From NCBI RefSeq assembly GCF_009914755.1, contig NC_060928.1: a stretch of DNA of 64,000 nucleotides. One strand, 5' to 3'. The number at the start of each line of letters is the position of its first letter. The stretch's first letter is position 1. This document shows, piece by piece, positions 51,193 through 64,000 of this stretch. Source of the DNA: the human T2T-CHM13v2.0 reference genome, Homo sapiens. Under the pieces are notes generated by a model. The model ran no database searches and was not told where the DNA came from. It worked only from the letters and a program-made list of their open reading frames with translations. The position numbers were made by a program, and so were the translations under genes.

Positions 51193-52599
51193 AAAGAGTG
51201 TGAGTTTTTATAGTGGTAACCACACATGGATTTTACCCTCATGAAATTGTAATTGTCAGCAAACAGTCATGTGCGTTTAGGATTTTTTTATTGGTGCCAT
51301 CCGGGGCCCAGTCCCACTGGATTGGCCTTGGGTTACATGGCTGATGGTCTATCACAGCAGCAATGTACAGGGCTGTCTAATTTCCTGTGCTGCCTCCCAT
51401 CCATCCTCCTATGCCAGTCACCAAATTAGTAGCCTCCTCTACTCCAATCCCGCAGGGCCTCCTGGCCTCTGGCAACAAGATGAGGAAACTCAGGCACAAA
51501 AATGTTTAAGCAACGTTCTAAAATTTACATACTGAGTAAGAGAGCAATATTCAAAACATTTAAAACTAGCAAGATGTTGCTAGGAAACAGAATAGACACA
51601 CACACATACACACAGCAAAAAGAAAAAAGCCTGACCAGTCAGAACAGACACCAGTATGAACTCTAACCAGTCAGAACAGAGGCCAGCTGTGAATGACCAG
51701 TATGGTCTCACTACCAAGAACAGGCTTTATTCCAGGAGCCTGGCAGCCTCTATTCTTGAATGCATCCCCCTATACTGTCTCATCACTAGACTTCACAGCA
51801 GAGAAGCCTGATAGCCAATTTCAAACTCTCCTGTGCCATTGAGGAACCTCTTCCTGTTCCTCCTAAGCCTTCCGCAAAGCTGAAATAAATGACTCACCAC
51901 AGGTTGAAAGGTTGATACTCACCTCTGTGTATAGCAGAGTCATGAAGGTGAGAGGGAAGAGTGAAGCTGGGCACACAATGAAAAGATGCAGTGTTAGGGG
52001 CATTTAGGGTAATCCGTCACCTGGAGAAAAGTTATGAGAAGGCAAGACCAATCCACGAAGCAACCGGGAACCACCATTTATACAAGGAGTCACAGTAATT
52101 CAGCATTCCCCAAGAGCTTGAGAAATCTTTGTTAGGGGAATAGATTTCCGGCAAATATATAGAATGTGGTTTCAAGATATTATCATTATTATCATGTTAT
52201 TAAAGGAATGGGTGAGCCTGGAAGAGTAAAATGTTAGGAATGCTTAGCACACACACATTGAAAAGACTGGGGAAGGTTTAAGAACATCATCTTCAGAGTC
52301 AGACAGACCTCTAGGTGTGGCTCTGACATTTACAAATTAAGTGACCCAAATCAAGCCTCCTCCCATAAATCTCCTTAATCTGTGCAATGGGTATAATAGT
52401 GGTGTCTACTCCCATAGGCTAGCTGTGAGGGCTAACAAGAGTAACATGTGTGTCCAGTGGCTGGGCACAGTGAATGGAATGTTCAGTCAATGTTGGGCAC
52501 TGCTGCACAGAGCAATGACATCACTACCGTCATCATCATCATCATGATCTCTGAAGCATTCTTAAATGCCAAAAGATGTACTCACAAAATGAACCTTGC

Positions 52600-59190
<6,591 letters not shown>

Positions 59191-59965
59191 AGAAATGCTG
59201 CCAATCAGGAGTAGGAGAGGCCAAATCAGTGCGTGATGAGATCAAGTTGCTGTGGGCAGGGAAGTGGGCTGTGAGTTCAGGAGATTCCCAAGGAGCTAAC
59301 CAGGAAAATTACAAAAAATGGGGAGATCCTTAATGTGGCTTGAAGGAAGAAGAGAAGAGAAGCCTTTGGGGCAGGGGTTTGATTGTCCACAGATCGGATA
59401 AGAGAATTGGGGAGCAGGTATGTAGTGATCATAAAACAAGGCAGGTAATGAGAAATGCACTGTATAGACTAAGAGGGCACCTCCATTGGTCAGATTTTAT
59501 CGTTTGCTTTTTCATTGCCTCTCTGGGAAGTGTAAGGTGGTCATTGAGTAGGAGCAGCTGATTTCATCTTTTTACATAGTAACTTGATTAACATGTTTTC
59601 TGTGTAATTTTTGTCAGCATTGGTGAGGGGAGGGGAGGCCAGGGGAGGGAAGGAGAGGGGAGGGAAGGAGAGGGGAGGGAGGCTCAGTGGGGCTCAGTAA
59701 GATATGTACTCTCATGCCTTGCTGCAGGAAATGTAAATTAGTACAACCTCTTTGGCAAGCAACTTGGCAATATGTCTCAAAACAGCTTAAAAATGGCCAT
59801 CCAGTTGGGTGCAAACTTTGGAGCAGTATCTTATAGAAATAAATGATCAAAAATGTGACTAATGAAAGGGAGGCCATCAGTGTTGTATATATGAGTAAAA
59901 AAAGCATAACATATTAAAAAGACTATAAAGAAACTCATAAAATTTTGAGCAGTTGTTATATCTAA

Positions 59966-61037
<1,072 letters not shown>

Positions 61038-61059
61038 AAGAAAAATAAATGTAAAAATA

Positions 61060-61741
61060 AATGGATTTTTAGGGCAGCAAAATATTCTGTATGATACTGT
61101 AATGGTGGATACATGCTATTATACATTCGTCCAGACCCACAGAATGTACACCACCAAGAGTGAACTCTGATGTAAACTGTGGACTTTGGGTGACGATGAA
61201 CTATCAATGTGGGTTTATGCGTAACAGACGGACCCCTCTGGAAGGGAATGTTGATACACTGGGGACTGTGCATGTGTATGGGGAGGGGTATGTGGGAACT
61301 CTCTATAGCTTCCTTTGAATTTTGCTGTGAGTGTAAAACTGCTTTAAAAAAAAATCCTACTGGGAGTGGTGGCTCATGCCTGTAATTCCAGCATTTTGGG
61401 AGGCTGAGGCTGGCACATGGTTTGAGGCCAGGAGTTTGAGACCAGCCTGGCCAATATGGTGAAACTCTGTCTCTACTAAAATTACAAAAATTAGCTGGGC
61501 ACGGTGGCACACAACTGTAGTCTGAGCTATCTCGAGAAGCTGAGGCAGGAGAATCGCTTGAACCCGGGAGACAGAGGTTGCAGTGGGCCAAGATTGCATC
61601 ACTGCACTCCAGCCTGGGTGACAGAGTGAGACTCTGTCTCAAAAAATGCAGGAGGCGGAGGTTGCAGTGAGCCGAGATCACGCCATTGCACTCCAGCCTA
61701 GGCGACAGAGCGAGGCGCCATCTCAAAAAGAAAAAGAAAAA
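61060..61741 (+). mobile_element. L1MC 3' end (61060-61354), then an Alu with an extra appended right-arm segment (61359-61741)
   Basis: GGATTTTTAGGGCAG...TATGATACTGTAATGGTGGATACATG L1MC text; second GGAGGCGGAGGTTGCAG...CTCAAAA at 61651-61741. Confidence 0.85.
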
Positions 61742-61844
61742 GTGTACTAGTGCCCTCAGTTGTATTTATCTTGGTTGATGAAAACCTGTTTAGTCTTATG
61801 GACCCAGAAGAGAAGGTGTTTGAGCCAACATTTTCTCAGAAAAG

Positions 61845-62540
61845 GATCATTCATTTGTTCATTCATTCCCAGCTCCTCCTCTGTGTCAAGCACTGTTTTA
61901 GGCACTGGGGATGCACCTATGAGCAAATCAGGAGACCTCTCTGTCATGATGGAGCTTATGTTCTGCAGGGGATGAGACTCAATAGTCAACAGAGCAATGA
62001 AGAACAATGAAGCAGGGCCGTGGAGACAGAGAGTGATGGGGAGAGGTGTGTGTGCTCCTTTAGACAGAGTGCTTGGGAAAGGCCTCTTAATGAAGAGTTA
62101 TGTGAACACAGACCTGAAGGAGGCGGGGGAGTGAGCCATGTGGCTGTCTTGAGGAAATGCTTTCTAAGCAGAGGGAACCGCAAACGTAAAGACCCCAAGG
62201 ACAAGCTTGCTGCGTGTGATTGAGGCACAGAGAGGAGGCCAGTGTGGCTGGAGATGAGGTTAGAGAGTTAGGGGAGGGTTGGACCGTGTGCAGGTCTACA
62301 GGTCTTTTTTTTTTTTTTTAACTAAAAACAAAACAACAACAACAACAAAAGTGAAAAGAGTATTGAGCTTGGAGTCAGAAATCCTGGCTTCAAGTCCCTG
62401 TTCCGTCACTGGCTAGCTGTGTAATAATCTCAAAAAATGCACTCTACTATTCTGAGCATCCATTTTCCCAACTGCAGAATGCCAGTGGCAAGGGAAGACT
62501 GTAAATGCCGTAATACATGTGAAAGTTTTCACAGCCTGGA
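61845..62540. mobile_element. L2 (-, ~61845-62300) and MIR (~62360-62540)
   Basis: CATTCATTTGTTCATTCATT L2 tail, GCACTGTTTTAGGCACTGGGGAT; TTGGAGTCAGAAATCCTGG MIR head. Confidence 0.75.
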
Positions 62541-63209
62541 AAATGCTCTCTCTCTGTAAGGGATTGCAACCACTGTGAAAGGATGCAAAATAACCTTTCA
62601 TAGTTAGTGAACCAAAGCGCGAGTCAATAGAACTCCAAACTTCAATCTCTAGGACTTTTCATAAATGGAGAGACTACCAAAGGAAAATAATAAAGCAGCC
62701 AAATGCATGATGACTCTTCGAGACTGCCCCGTTGCCAGTCTTTCCGGTTCTTTTTCTGTGATGAATTGTTCTGGAAGTATAGAGTTCAGTGACATTATTC
62801 CCTTTTGCAGATGAGAGGAGTGGCTTTGATATCAAAGAGCAGGCCCAAGAACTGGGAGAAGAAAGATGGTTAAGTACATTCAATCATTCTGTAAGAGTGA
62901 TTACTAGATTTAAATTGCGTTGGAACATATTTTGTTCAATTGTTTTAAAAGAATTTGATTTACCCTCAAATACGACCATCAGGAAAACAGGGTGGAAAAA
63001 ACATAAACACTGGAAAAAGACACTTAGCACACCTGCTAAAGAAGCCCATGTGATACTGGGATACAGAATCATAAACATTTTAATATTTGTGAACACCATG
63101 TTTTTCCATATTTACTTCATTTGACTTTGTTTCTGATAACTCTAACTTTGCTAGTGTCCTCACAATCCGACTCCCCATCTTCCATTTCACTTTTCTAAGA
63201 AGAGGTCTC

Positions 63210-63431
63210 AGCCAGCCTGGCCAACATGGTGAAACCCTGTCTTTATTAAAAATACAAAAATTAGCTGGGTGTGGTGGCAGGCGCATGTAATCTCAGCTAC
63301 TCGGGAGGCTGAGGCAGGAGAATCGCTTGAACTCAGGAGGCGGTGGTTACGGTGAGCCGAGATCACGCCGCTGCACTCCAGCCTGGGTGACAGAGTGAGA
63401 CTGTCTCAAAAAAATAAAATAAAATAAAAAA
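63210..63431 (+). mobile_element. 5'-truncated Alu
   Basis: Starts at CCAGCCTGGCCAACATGG; (AAAAT)n tail. Confidence 0.9.
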
Positions 63432-64000
63432 GTGTACAGACTTAGAATTAAAGAGCAGAAGACAGAACTTCTCAGGTTTACAAAACAACAAAAATGACAA
63501 CAATATCAATAAAACCATCTTTCCCAATTCCATCCAGTAATATGTTATCTACAAGAGATGTATTTAAAACAAAAGGGTATAGAAAATTTGAAAATAAGGA
63601 ATTAAATACCACAAGTAAGGTAAACCAGAAGAAAGCTAGGGTAGCAACAGATAAAATAGAATTTAAGATGAGAAATGATCATGAGGGACACGGGGCACTT
63701 TAAATGTTGGTTAAAAGAACTGTAAATCAAGAATCATGAACAAATATGCACCTAAGATAGCCTTGGAACACATAAAGCAATAATACACAGAATGGTAAGC
63801 ATTTAAACATCTCCCAAAGAGACAGATAAATCAAGCAGGCTTTGGTGATGATCAAGCTGACCTGAGCTCATATCCCTTTTCCAGCACTTACTGGCTATGT
63901 GACTTCATTACGTTATTTAGGCTCTGCAAAGCTCAATATTTTCATGTGAATAACAGGAATGATAACATCAGCCTCCCATGACTGCCATAAGCTTTAAGCG

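Noticed and set aside
51634-51703. Short tandem repeats (ACCAGTCAGAACAGA x2; also 2818-2844 and 52718-52749)
   Set aside because: Two-copy slippage duplications without regular spacers; not CRISPR-like or otherwise structured.

Overview
Human-type (primate) genomic DNA containing the complete five-exon CHRNA9 gene (nicotinic acetylcholine receptor alpha-9 subunit) on the + strand. The CDS is 9143-9206, 9502-9647, 10885-11039, 22553-23085 and 27665-28206 (1440 nt, 479 aa plus stop; all introns GT-AG; Ser442 allele). The rest is repeat-dense non-coding DNA: about 55 Alus, L1/L2/MIR fragments, MaLR and ERV1 solo LTRs, hAT/Tigger fossils, an internally deleted L1MA and a U7 snRNA retropseudogene. 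Almost all other ORFs in the track are Alu/L1/LTR artefacts. I found no new protein-coding system. The least explained signal is a set of local templated duplications. Three are 135-240 bp copies at about 86-88% identity; all involve MLT1 LTRs, and two replace the same ~12-bp motif in different MLT1 copies. There is also an exact 29-bp dispersed copy and a 91-bp perfect gene-conversion-like tract between inverted Alus. Other leads are a strong upstream orphan exon, a CpG-retaining L1MB in intron 2, a sense ERV1 LTR in intron 3 and a tandemly duplicated poly(A) signal in the 3' UTR. Repeat family names come from recalled consensus sequences and repeat boundaries are approximate; no search was run.
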